A stretch of DNA of 59,385 nucleotides from Conidiobolus incongruus B7586 (taxonomy: Eukaryota), in contig JNEM01011972.1 in NCBI GenBank assembly GCA_000697335.1, positions 1 through 59,385 on the forward strand. The letters are read 5' to 3'. A model generated the notes under the pieces. It had not been told where the DNA came from. It did no database searches and saw nothing but the letters and a program-made list of their open reading frames with translations. The number at the start of each line of letters is the position of its first letter. The first letter of the stretch is position 1. The position numbers and the translations under genes are program-made. Of the stretch, positions 13,688 to 26,314 are shown in pieces.

Positions 13688-14738
13688 TTAAGTACTTGCA
13701 AAGTATTTTTTTAACCAAGTAGCTAAAGCACATCCAACAATCAAGAAAGCTCCCAAAACAGAGTAAATATCGGGGATCTCATTAAATATCGTAATGCCAT
13801 AAATAAAAGCAAATACCACATCTAAATTTCTCATTAAAGTACCAGGACCTGCGGGTGCCATTTGAAGCCCTGAGTTTAGAAGACATTGACCAGTGCATGC
13901 AGTAATCCCAATCACTAGAAGAATTAAGACACTTTGATTCATATGAACTGGGACGAATTGATGTTGAATGTATGCCATTATGAATGAAAATAAAGTACTT
14001 GATAACCCAAAGTATGTCACATGTACTAACATATGGATATATCTTCCTAATTTACGAACAATAACATATGCTAAAGCAGATAGGATTGCACCTAACAGTG
14101 CTGCTAAAGATCCTAAATCGCGATTCCAACTTTCATCAATTGATCCGCTGAGTGTGATTGATGTGGCAGAATTCATTAAAAATGAAGGTTTACTGCATAG
14201 CACAACACCTAATAAACATAGAAACGAAGTAATAAAATCCAATTTACCAAATTTTTCGCCTAAAAATATAGCTGCAAAAATACTTGTAAACATTGGGCCA
14301 GTAAAGAAGATGACTAACATATTGAATTAATAATTAGTAAGACAAGGCTAATGAAAATGGTTTACCTGTAGCATCTGCCATTGGTAACAAGGTCAATGAA
14401 ATGTAAAACAAAGCATTCGCCGAGCTTCCTAACAATCCTCTCAGCCACAGCCATCCCCACAATTGTCTAGGTCCAAAAACGTCAATACCCAACCAAATAC
14501 TAGACAGTATACCAAATATTAATTGGAATGAGCTTCTGGAGAAGATGAGTTGAAGTGCTGGAAAGTAGGCACTACCAAATTTGACAAATAATCCGTTGAT
14601 GGAGAACACTAATGCTGATAATGCCATGTATAGGAGTCCTCGTGTATATTTGGTGTTGTGGTTGGGATTAGGTATATTGATACCTGAGTAACTAGTGTTC
14701 GTAACGAATGTTTCAATTAGGGATTCTTGATCTGACAT
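13688..14738 (-). CDS. EamA/DMT (SLC35G-like) transporter, copy 2 (tandem paralog), 2 exons (intron 14314-14365)
   Basis: Same motifs (LPMADAT|VIFFTGPMFTSIFA; MRNLDVVFAFIYG), same start MSDQE, and intron at the same codon position as copy 1. Confidence 0.92.
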
Positions 14739-15170
14739 AATGGCAAATTAATATGCGGTATATATACTTAATAAATTAATACTATCTGTTATTAATCAAT
14801 AACATAAATTCTTTGATTGGTTTCAAAATTGGAGATATTAGCAGTATTTATATCGTTAATTTTTATAATATTGGATCCACATATCATTCATATAATATTA
14901 ACCACATGATAATCTCTGAATCAAATTATTTAAAAATTAAATTAACATTGATTATATCCATTTTATAAGTTCAATTCTTATTTAGATGTTTAATTAATTA
15001 ATTTGATAATCATTATCTAGTACGTTTAAGTTGATATATCTATCTCAATAAATAGAATTTGAAATATTTCTAATAAACTGAAAATTATAAAATATTAATA
15101 AAATTTATGATATCTAAAACTAATCTATTTATAGGTTCATACTAATATTAATTTTAAAATTACTACATAA

Positions 15171-16247
15171 TTATGAAAACATTCTACTCAATACATTGTC
15201 CATATCGCCATCTGAACCCTTGGACTCTTTAGATTTACCCTCTTTAACACTCTTGCTCTGCATCTTCAATTTATGTTTAATCTTCTTGATTTGACGGTTA
15301 CTCAATTCACTCTCTTGTACTTCACGTTGATCGAATTCTCGCTTGAATTTTTGTTTGGGATCATCTTCAGTGGTAATACCTTGTTCCTTGCGTTTCTTCT
15401 CAAAATGTTGAATACGATTAGCTAGTTCTACCTTGTCGCTATATTGACTAGCTTCTTTACGTCCTTGTTGAATTTCGAAAGTTAGGAGTTGATTACGAGC
15501 AGCTTTGTCATAATCTAAAATTATATAGGTTAATATATATTAGTATAGTATGATTATAATATAATTACCCATTCTTTCAGTTAAGTGATGCCATTTAAAT
15601 TTAGGTAAATACTTTAAATTCCATAAATCTTCGTGATGAAAACTACGTTTTTTGGGATCTATTTATAATTATATAAGATGATGAATATATATTAAATATT
15701 AAACTCACTTACTCATAGGCGTAGTATTCAAAAAAGCGGCAAAAGCTTTAGCTTTCTTCTTATCTTCAAACTCTACCCAACCTTCCGTAAACCTTCTATC
15801 GCTACCACCACCAGTAGCCTTCCTGCGATTCTTACTGTGTATATCTTCAGGTGCCAAATAAATACGGCCGATTTTAGCGCCCCTCTCCTCCAAGAGTGAT
15901 CTTAATTTGGAGGGCTTTAACCTTGGAGGAATGCGACTAATGTACACAACACCGGATTTAGCTATTTTTTGGTTGTAAGCTTCTAAATCTTTGATTTGGT
16001 TCTTTTTGGATTTTTTGGATTGGGATTTTCCTTCGGTTTCTTCTGTTATTTCGTCCGATTTTTTATCATTTTCGTTATCTTCTTGCTCTTTTTCTACTTC
16101 ATTATCAGAATTATGTTCATTTTCTTCTTGATTTGGGTCTTGTTCTTTATCTAATTCTGGTTGTTGAATATTATCATCATCGTCCCATCCAGAAACGTCG
16201 AATCGACTATCGTCATTAATTACTTGTAGTGAATTTTTTTTACCCAT
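15171..16247 (-). CDS. ESF2: Pre-rRNA processing protein Esf2/ABT1 (RRM), 3 exons
   Basis: Acidic N-terminus, [26 protein letters not shown], spliced exon 2 [24 protein letters not shown]. Stop at 15171-15173. Confidence 0.93.
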
Positions 16248-16253
16248 TTTTCT

Positions 16254-16280
16254 ATTATTATTATTATTATTATTATTATT
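16254..16280. repeat. (TTA)n/(AAT)n microsatellite immediately upstream of the ESF2 start codon
   Basis: About nine att units ending a few nt before the ATG on the minus strand. Confidence 0.85.
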
Positions 16281-17001
16281 TAATCTTTCTATAAATATAT
16301 AAACAATAACTCAACTGTTGATCTAGTTAATACTATGGTTCTTGATGAAATCAAATTATGGGATAATTTCTATTTGATCTTGATTGAATTTGGTCATTTC
16401 CAATAATTTTGTTCTGTCACAAATCTTTTAATATATCTGAATTGATATCTACATGCTTATTATCATTGAATTCATTCTTATATTTATTACTATCACCATT
16501 ACTTTGTAGTTAGTATATGTGTAGTTTTAATTTATTAAATAGTTTATTCAGTTTAATCAATCCTTGATTATTTACAAAATTTGTAATTTCAAATCAAAAA
16601 TTATAGTATTAATTCCAAATTCATTCAACATATAAGAATAACGTCATAGATTTTTATTAATATAAATTAAGAGATCGAATTTTAATTTTTATCAATTGAT
16701 ATCCAAAAAAGCAATTTATTTTGAGGATTTAACATAGATGAAATAAAATATGGAACTAACAAATGTGTTATTACTAGTTTTTTATTGGATCTAGTATCCT
16801 TAATGATATGCGAATTATAATTTATTAATAGTAATTCCTAATATAATAAGGCTTTGATTATTGTTAATTGTTTGACATTGTTTTGGAATTTGTATTCATA
16901 TGGATATCTATCAAATCATTGTTTAGGATATTGAAAGTTTAAAGAATAGGATCATATTTTATTCAAAATATAATATAAAAGAGACTATCTAATAACAAAA
17001 A

Positions 17002-17433
17002 TTAAGGAAACTGAGTCTTAGGTATGATAATAGTCAACAACCCATTCTTCAACTCAACTTTCCGATCTTGAGTATTAGCATGAGGTGTAAATGAGATCTT
17101 TCTTTCAAACTTATAAATAGGTCTTTCATCAATCAACACCTGACACTCTTCATAGCTAGGATCTCTCTTGATCTCACCGCTTACAATCACTTCATTATTG
17201 GACTGAAAATCTAAATTTATTTCTTCCAATCCAATACCTACAATTTCTAATTCGATGATGACCTGGCTCAGAGTTTCGTACATGTTCATGGAGGATCATC
17301 CGATGGTGAGATCGCAGTATTTGGCTATCTTACGATTGAGACTAAAATTTTTGCAGCTGTTGAGTCCGATGCGAGGGTTAGGATCAGGGCATCCAGTGGA
17401 AATGGGAGTCTTTTCTCTAACGTTAGCAGACAT
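17002..17433 (-). pseudogene. HSP20/alpha-crystallin small heat-shock gene with one in-frame TGA (pseudogene, recoded gene, or short isoform starting at 17289)
   Basis: ACD motifs MNMYET...ELEIVG, VSGE, ERP..KFERKI, KNGLLTIIIPK. The upstream ATG at 17433 (aataacaATG) is in the same frame and open for 45 codons, then TGA at 17296-17298. Confidence 0.7.
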
Positions 17434-19495
17434 TGTTATTATTGAATTACTTGTGTTTGTGATAATATTTTATATTACTACAGCTATATTTATATCAAAT
17501 GAATCAACTCTCTAACTATTGAATATAACATATAAATATTACTTGACTAATATTTATTGGTTAATTAACATGATGTTTTTGCATTCTTGGATCTACCAAC
17601 ATATATTGGATAAAATGATTTTAAAGCTGATAAATTTTATTCAGTATTGCTATTCTTTAAAGATTTCTCTCATCTATTACACCGAATCTTAAAATTTGTT
17701 TAGAAACTAAATCATTATTATCCAATCACAATTCTCCAATTTCATTGACATTCTTTCAGCTACTAAGGTTGATATTATTTAAATTTTAGTATGTTTTTGA
17801 CCTTGAAAATAATATACCACAGCTATTTCAAAATGCTCAGAAATTAGAGTTGAGCTATTATGGAATAATAAGTTCTGATAATAAATTGCAAAATATCCAA
17901 AACAATACTTATATATCTTATATATAACAATTTTACTATTGGAAACAAAATGCTATTTAAAGTTAAAAATCAATGGATTGTTTATATATGAAAATATTCT
18001 AAAATATTGAATATCAAATTTTTGGCTCAAAATTTTCCTAATAATTTGAAACAGAGAGAGAGTAAAAGATAATTATTTAATAATTATTAATATAATAATA
18101 TGGTTTATTATTAATTATTATTATTATCATTATCATTATATATATATATATATAATATCATTACTATATTGTAATTTAGGTTTAATATAATGAAGGCAAA
18201 ATTATATACCTGGTTTTCTGATATGACTTAATTATAAAAATTGATAAAAAAGTTTTGAAGATGATTGTTTAGATATTTAATCATATCTAGATAATATCAA
18301 TGTATATTGAATATATAATAAATGATATTAGATAATATGAATACATTATTAAAATTTATTTTTGAAAATTTTAGGAATAGAATTATTCGAAGATATATTT
18401 GTTATAAAAAATCAAAATGCTATAGAATCAACCAAATTAATAATTCTTAATCAATATGGGATTATATTCAATAAAATTTAGAAAGTTAGAATTATTGGGA
18501 ATAATATAATTTGATATATTTATTTCCTTATTTAATTACTGCATTATTAAAATCATTTTTCATATTAATTTATATGATTCTTGATAATGTAAGAAATGTT
18601 AAGATATACTTTTTAAAATGTAATCATGAAAAATATAAAAATTTAACATTGAACTATGCTGATCATTGAATAAATAGAATTTACATTGAATCTTATGTAA
18701 AATTAATTATGATATTTTAAATTATTTTACTCTTTATTTTATTAAATTTATTATTTAATATAATGATAATATTATTTGTATTGAAATTGATTAATATTAC
18801 GTAATTTTAAATTACAATATCTCCTAACATGCTTTTTAAATCAAAAATTTGGTAATAATTGTGGCGTAACCATGAAGATATTTTTCTTGGATTTGTTCCA
18901 AAAAAATTTTAACTTTAATAATTTATCATAAGATCATTCTGAATTGAAACAATTTGTATATCTAATCTTTCAATCCGTCCTTAATTTGTGAAATATAGAC
19001 TAATGATTTATCTATATTTTTATATTAAATCGCTAAAGTGATTAGTTTTCATAATCTCGATCTGATTTTAAGGAAAAACAAAGTATTCATATTAAAATGG
19101 GTCTAGAAAATGATTGAACTATTAACTATAGCGATATCGCAATCAATTTTATATAAGTAATAATAAATATCCTCTATATAATTAATCAATTTTGTTTTAA
19201 AAATAATTTATAATTAATTATAAAATCATCTCATATGAGCAATTATCAAATTATAAAAATAACTGTAAAGCAAATAATACTACATACCATAAACATTCTC
19301 TATAATCCCATAATTATTTAACCTGGGTAAATTACAAAGAAATCTCCATAATTTTAATTTGATTTTAAAACCCTCTAATAGTTAATATTGATAATAAATT
19401 ATTTTGATAATTTTTATTCAATTATTAACATTGCTTATTAATTCAAATTTATAATTTTTATTTTATTTTTATTAATAAGTACTTGAATATTTACA

Positions 19496-20079
19496 ATGGC
19501 TAAGAATAAGGGAAAAGTATGTATAAATAATAAACATTTAAAAAGATAATAAATAATAACGATAATGTAATAAATAGGGAGGAAAGAATAGACGTAGAGG
19601 AAAGAACGATACTGAAGGAGATAAGCGTGAATTAGTCTTCAAGGAAGAAGGCCAAGAGTACGCTCAAGTCCTCAAATTGTTGGGTAACGGACGTATCGAT
19701 GCTCAATGTTTCGATGGTGTCAAGCGTTTAGCTCTTATCCGTGGTAAAATGAGAAAGAAGGTCTGGATCAACGCTGGTGATATCGTTCTTTTATCTCTCC
19801 GTGACTTCCAGGACGACAAGGCCGACGTTATTCTCAAATATAACCCTGATGAAGCTCGTATGCTTAAATCTTATGGTGAACTTCCCGATAATGGTAATTT
19901 TATTATTATATTTTTTTTATTAATTAATATTTTCAACAGCTCAAATTAACGAAACTACTATGTTCGGTGAAGAAGATGACGATGACGTTGAATTTGACGA
20001 TGTTGAAATTGATGATGTAACTTTAATTACAATGTATTTTAATCCTAGTAATTTTAACCTAATTTTAATCTAGATTTAA
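19496..20079 (+). CDS. TIF11: Translation initiation factor eIF1A, 4 exons (19496-19516, 19578-19893, 19940-20016, 20074-20079)
   Basis: [41 protein letters not shown], acidic tail ending EIDD|I*. All introns GT-AG. Confidence 0.96.
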
Positions 20080-20957
20080 TCATTTTCACAGCTGGAATCC
20101 CCTCATAAATCTTCCTTAAATAACCTTTTGGAGAGTTATTGTTCATTTTGGTTTTGTAATAGAACTTGGCGCAATGTTACTATCATCTATTTAAGGAAAT
20201 ATCCCTCTTTTGAATTTAGTTGTTTTTCTATTATATTTAAACCATATCTATATATTTAATAACTCTTTTTATATTATTTTCTCTTTTATAGAATTTGGAA
20301 CTGGTGCAATTCTATTTATTGTATTTTATTATGCCAAATTGATTCTCCATATCGGTTTTAATATATTTGTTTACGTTTAATAATTAAACATTTATCTTTT
20401 TAAGTCTTATTATTATTGTTCTAAACTTATGTATAATTTTCTACACACCATATATGTAATTATGATCTCAAATTATTCATTAATCTTGATAAATAATACA
20501 CTATTATCATAAAAACTCATTACATCTCACTTAATAAAATAGGATATTTTTAATTAAATATTTTTGAATTTTATTTTCAAGTAATTAATATAATTGCTGC
20601 TTATACCATTATTACAAATTTATATACCTGAAAATTGATTGAATAATTCTATATTTAGAATTATTTTACTCAACAACTTAGTTTCAAATTATCAAATCAA
20701 AGTGTATTTTAGTATAAAGTTAATATTAGATGTTTAATTTTATGGTGGGCTTATTATTACCGTTATTCTCAATAAATATCCAATATTTATACCATCACTT
20801 TATTATTTTATATACAAATTTATAATATTATTTGTATTATTTTATTATATAAAAATTTAAGATCAAAGTAGTATATAAATAATTAAATATCAAGAAATTT
20901 AATTTATTAAGCTCAATATAAAAAGCACATATAATTCAAAAATAGCGTCATATCCGA

Positions 20958-21842
20958 TTAATCCTATATCAAATATTAATTATAATGAAATAGTAAAAAT
21001 GAGTTCAAGAACACTTACCATTCTGGATTTGAGAGTTCTAGTAATGATTGAATCAGGAGTACTAAATATATAGTTAATATCATTGAAAATTGTATAAGTA
21101 TAATAGTTACATTATATGAACAACAGCACCCCAACCAGACAAACAGTCACGATCTAAAGCACTCATTAAAGCTTGAGAGATGGTTTCAAACAATTCCTCA
21201 GGCTCCAAATCAGGTTCCCAGAAAGATTCGCAAGCACCATTGAGGGATTCACTAGCAACACCACTCACTACAAAATCGGCAGGTTCAACCAAGCAGCCAA
21301 TTAAATCCATATTGGTAATATAAGGTTCATTGTTTTTATCTAAACCAACAATTACAGGTTCAACAAAGTAAGGTCCAAACCTATTTACAACAATTAGAGT
21401 TTTTGAATATTGTTATTTAGAGTAATAAATTACCTTCTTTCGTATAAAGTAGAAGAAACCATATGAGCGAATGCTTTAGGTTGAATTTCTCTATTTTCCT
21501 TCATTTTATAAACATTAGTTCTCATACGAAATACTTCACTCCTAAAATAAATAGTCAATTAATATTAATACTAATAATTTATAAACAAGTAATAAATTAC
21601 AAAGTTTGAACATCAGTTGCTAAACCAGCTAAACCGTATAAAATACGGTCGTTAACTTTGAAAATTTTTTTGAATTCGGTACCAATGGTTAAATTTTGTT
21701 GACCTAATCTCTTATCACAGGCGATAGCAACGCAATTTTTTCCTTTCATAGCCACGATGGCACTACCATTGTATTGCATAATCGACTAAATATTATAAAT
21801 TTAATATCAAGTATAGATAATTTATTAAATATTTAATACCAT
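20958..21842 (-). CDS. PUP3: 20S proteasome subunit beta-3, 6 exons
   Basis: [65 protein letters not shown]-terminus TLKSRM|D*. Confidence 0.96.
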
Positions 21843-22851
21843 TTTGAATATTGTTTAATATATAATAAGTAAAAATAATATGATATGAATAAAGTTTAAT
21901 TAAAATATTAAACAGTTGATTGAGTGAATTGAATTATTTTATATGATAGTATTAAAATTAATGTTGATAATGATTACGTTTTTCATAGTTGTTTATATTA
22001 CTTATGATGGGTACGTCATCCTCCATTTAGTTATTATGGGATTAGTTTGAATTTTTTAGTACTCAAAAAAATAAATATCATACAAAAGAGATGACAAATA
22101 ATAAGTATGTTTTTAGGAATATTATTTAAGACATGAATATGTAAACAACTTGAAATATTTCAATAAACTTAATATTCATTAAACACATATTTAGACCAAT
22201 ATAATTTTAGCTAAAATTTCCACGTTTTTTCAACGTATTTATCGAATTTTAATATATTGTTAGTTTGACACTAGATATACTACAAAATTGATGTTGTTTT
22301 CAATGGAATATATATCAATTAGTATAATAACTTAAATCGAACAAATCAAGTTGAAAAGAGTATCATTCCAAATAGTATAAATCATATCGAATTAGTTTGT
22401 TTTATACATTTGAATTTAAATAGTTTATTGAAACAAATCTATAAAGTTGATTCACTTTTTAATAAAATACATCTTTTTGATAATAAAAAATAAGTTGGAA
22501 TATAAAATATAAAAAACAACAGAATTTATTAAGGTAGATGTAATTATTCATTATGAGGTAAAAAATGATGAAACGGAAATTTAATGTGGAAGAGGTATAA
22601 AAACCCCGATCATCCTACCAAATTACCATTCAATTCAATCAATTTAATTAAAAAAAAGGTGAGTGAATCATATTTCCAAGCTTCAGAACTAATAAGTTTT
22701 TATTCGTCCCATAATTTGTAGACTCACTTAATATCGATTTAATTTTACATCCAATCTTCCAACCCAATTTAAATTAATTTTCTCAATACCGAATTTCTCC
22801 GAATTTCCTTTTTTTGATAGCAGCAATTCACCGATATTCACCTTCATAGAT

Positions 22852-24430
22852 ATGCATTATGATATACCGTTCTTATTAATGAAAAAAGCTGTCGCTGGCA
22901 TAATGCGAAATCAAGTCAAAGTAGATGCCACCACAGATCATGTTTGTAATACTTTAGCTGATATATCATCACTATACTTGGAGAAGCTTTCACTATATAT
23001 GAAAAAATCCGCTGAACTATCTGGTCGAACAAAGGTATGTTTAGAGGACGTTTTAACCATTTTTGAAGATTGGGGGATTGATATTGAGGAATTATCCGAA
23101 GAAAACATTATCCCCTATGAAGCTCAACCAAATGGCTTGAATCATACTTCATGTAAGGTGTATTTTCTATGGTTTAACGATACTTGAATAACCTATTATT
23201 CTCTCAATAGCTAATCTCATAAATACTCCTTCAAGTCCTATTTCTGTATATGAATATAACAATCATGATACGAACATTGAGCCAGATTACTGTGACTTGA
23301 AACATTCAGAAGAAATAGATGATACCTTTTTGAATAAGTCAGCGTCAGATGAGTCTATCGATTTCGAAGCTCATCTGAAGTTGAATGAGCCTACCAGCGA
23401 AGAATGCTTCGTTAAGAGCTTACCTGAAAAGCCTCAGAAGATAGAGTCATTGAAAGAAATTGATCCTGAGGTATCACTTAGCTCATCATCATCTCTTCCT
23501 ACTGTTTCATCAAGCACAAATCGACCGCGAAAAAATACTCGAACCGAAATCGAAGATCTGACCAAACCATTAGAAACCGATTCAATGCATGCTATCAAGA
23601 GACTCGGTAATAAGCGCTTGAAGATTCAGTCTAGTACAAAGATCACCTTTAATGATATAGTGAACCAGCATGATCAGGCTTTTTTTAAAATGCTTACCGA
23701 CTTGAAATTAAACAATGATTTGCATGAGATCGAAAGAAAAAACCCTCTCATGGGCATAGATATCGTCATTAATCAAAATCAATCTAATCCAGATACCCAC
23801 GGTCTTCCTTATCTTCCCTTTTTTTCTCCCATTGACGTCCTATTCCATCAAAATGTTCCTTCAATAACAAAATCTGATTTTGTATCCTCCATCGTCCCCC
23901 CTATGTCACGTGAGGAATTCCTAACAGTGGGCACTATTCCTCAGCCTACATGGCTCCAACCATTATCTTCTCCTCCTGCTCCTCCTACTCCAGTCAAAAA
24001 GTCTAGCAGAAGGTCTGCTGGTCATTCTTTTACATCAGATTCCCCTGCTCCAAAAATCAAGCTTACATTTAAAAACTCAACTTCTCCATCAGAACATGAC
24101 ACCCGCTCACTGAATGACCAACCAATTAGTCCTCTACCAGAATCTAGGCATCGTTCAAATTCCAACGATGAATTTTCAATAGTTACATCTAATCAATCTG
24201 AAGATATAGCTTCACATTTATATCAAAATGGAGCAAACTCAGAGAGAATTAATTGCATTTGTCAAAGGCCTGATTTTGATGATGGTCTATTTATGATTTC
24301 ATGCGATAAATGCCTAGAATGGTTTCATGGTAACTGTGTAGGTGTGTTTCCTCATCAAGAATTAAACTCATGGTATTGTCCAAGATGTATCCATCGAAAA
24401 AGAGAGAAGGCTAGACGAAAAGCATTATGA
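22852..24430 (+). CDS. TAF3-like protein: N-terminal bromodomain-associated histone fold plus C-terminal PHD finger (intron 23153-23210)
   Basis: TLADISSLYLEKL...SAELSGRT...EDV histone-fold signature. C4HC3 PHD: CICQRPDFDDGLFMISCDKCLEWFHGNCVG...WYCPRC. The GTAAGG...ATAG intron joins the two ORFs in frame. Confidence 0.8.
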
Positions 24431-24566
24431 GATCTCACTGTTATCTGTATTATTATCACCTTAATTTAAAATTAAATCTAAATTTTGTTTGAATCAATTT
24501 TATTAAATTTAAATTATAACTGGTTAAATATATTAATAAAGTATATATCTTTGCTCTCAGTAGCTC

Positions 24567-25820
24567 TTACAATTCAATGTTGTAATGTTGAAATATTTGT
24601 CCAACCAAGTATAATGAACCACAGATCACTACCAACTCACCATCTTGAATGGTCGCAGCTATTTGTTCGAAAGCTTGGCTAAAGTGATTAAAGTGTTTGA
24701 TATCTTTGCATTTAATGCTTGAAAGTTGAGACAATTCGGTGGGATCGCAACTAGAAATCCATGGCATATCTTGTGGAGTATCGAATGGTACAAAATAGAT
24801 GCTGTCATTTGAGTTCAACAAAATGGATAAGATTTCCTCAACATTTTTGCCTTGAGTGGACGCATATATCCAATGAATTTTAGATGATTTTTGCTTATTT
24901 ATATATATTTTCAACTCTTTAGCTGCGTCTGCATTGTGGGCACCATCAATCAATACATGATTTAAAGGATGAAGATCAATCCATTGTAATCTGCCTGGCC
25001 AAACAGTTTGGTGTAAACTTTTTTCAATGATATCTTTATTTAGGTTGAATCCGTGATGGGCTATTAAAACTTCTAGAACATCAATACTACACGCTACATT
25101 TTGCAATTGAAAGTCACCCTCAAGCGATAAATTAAAATGATACTGCTTTGTAGAAACTTGGCTATCGTAAATAAATTGGGTGTTGGAATTATTTTCAAAG
25201 GGATAGGCTATTGACGAGCGATAAAGTTTGCAATTAATAGACTTAGCTTGAGATTCAAAAACTTGCATAACCTCGTCATACTTTTGATGTGAAATGACGC
25301 AGTAACCGTTAGACTTAAAAATACCAGATTTTTGAACAGCTATCTCTTTCACTGTGCTACCTAGCCATGCTTGATGATCCAACCCCACAGAACTAACAAC
25401 GGAGACCAAATTATCTGCAAAGACGTTAGTAGCATCATTCAAACCGCCCATTCCAACTTCGATAATAGCGATTTCCACTTTTTGTTTATAAAAATATTGA
25501 AAAGCTATGCTTGTAAGTAGTTCAAAATTGGTTAATTTCACTTGACATTTTTCAGCCTCAGATTCTATCTCAGTCTTAATTTGATTATATTCGATTAAAG
25601 ATATTTTAATTCCACCAACTCTGATACATTCATTAACTTGAATCAAGTGGGGAGAGTTGAACTTTCCTACCTTGAACTTGTGATTCAGCAATGTAGTCTC
25701 AAGATATGAACAAATAGAGCCCTTCCCGTTGGTACCAGTAATGTGTATTACTTTGAATTGATTTTGAGGCGATTTTAAACTAGTTAGTACTTTAGTTATC
25801 CTATCAAGAGATAAGTCCAT
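24567..25820 (-). CDS. FOL3: Dihydrofolate synthetase (FolC/Mur-ligase family)
   Basis: IHITGTNGKGS, FNSPHL, EVGMGG.NDATN, DHQAWLG, WPGRLQ, DGAHN, CGSLYLVG. Short N-terminus MDLSLDRI resembles Fol3 rather than Met7. Confidence 0.88.
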   Translation of the reverse strand: MDLSLDRITKVLTSLKSPQNQFKVIHITGTNGKGSICSYLETTLLNHKFKVGKFNSPHLIQVNECIRVGGIKISLIEYNQIKTEIESEAEKCQVKLTNFELLTSIAFQYFYKQKVEIAIIEVGMGGLNDATNVFADNLVSVVSSVGLDHQAWLGSTVKEIAVQKSGIFKSNGYCVISHQKYDEVMQVFESQAKSINCKLYRSSIAYPFENNSNTQFIYDSQVSTKQYHFNLSLEGDFQLQNVACSIDVLEVLIAHHGFNLNKDIIEKSLHQTVWPGRLQWIDLHPLNHVLIDGAHNADAAKELKIYINKQKSSKIHWIYASTQGKNVEEILSILLNSNDSIYFVPFDTPQDMPWISSCDPTELSQLSSIKCKDIKHFNHFSQAFEQIAATIQDGELVVICGSLYLVGQIFQHYNIEL

Positions 25821-26314
25821 TACAAAAAGATAGTGTTTAAATTGAGAGACTGAATTAAATAGATAAGCAAAATTTTTATGACTTTGTGATTTTTAATTTA
25901 TGTATATTACAAAATTGTTTTTTACCAAGACATTTTTTAATTAGAAAGGTATGTGTTCAACGATAAAAATCATTGGCTAAATAATCTTTGATGACATAAT
26001 TTAAATTACAAATATAGTAATATAACTTAGCACAATAAAAATTCACCAAAATTTAACGAATTAATAACGTTTAATTAATTCTTGATTTAAAACATTCAAG
26101 AAAGTCTATTTTGATTTTATATATAATTTCTAATTTTTTATAATACAGTTTGATAAATGTTATTAGTATATATATGAACATTTCCATATAGTCAATAATA
26201 ATTTAAAATTGATTCTATGAATTATAATGTATTTAAAAATATTTAAACTTTTAAAACTAATAAAAGTTTTATATAGATTAAATTAATAAAAATATTTATA
26301 TAATATATTAAAAA

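Noticed and set aside
17296..17298. Selenocysteine or genetic-code reassignment as the explanation for the HSP20 UGA
   Set aside because: TGA is a normal terminal stop in TAF3-like and LRO1, the position is Trp-like rather than a redox Cys, and I could not identify a SECIS.
18180..18720. Possible decayed coding sequence in the HSP20-eIF1A intergenic region (similar impressions at 4150-4450 and 49200-49460)
   Set aside because: Multiple stops and no motif I can recognise; would need tBLASTn to support.
22565..22640. ATGATGA C-box suggesting a C/D snoRNA
   Set aside because: No suitably placed CTGA D-box or terminal stem.
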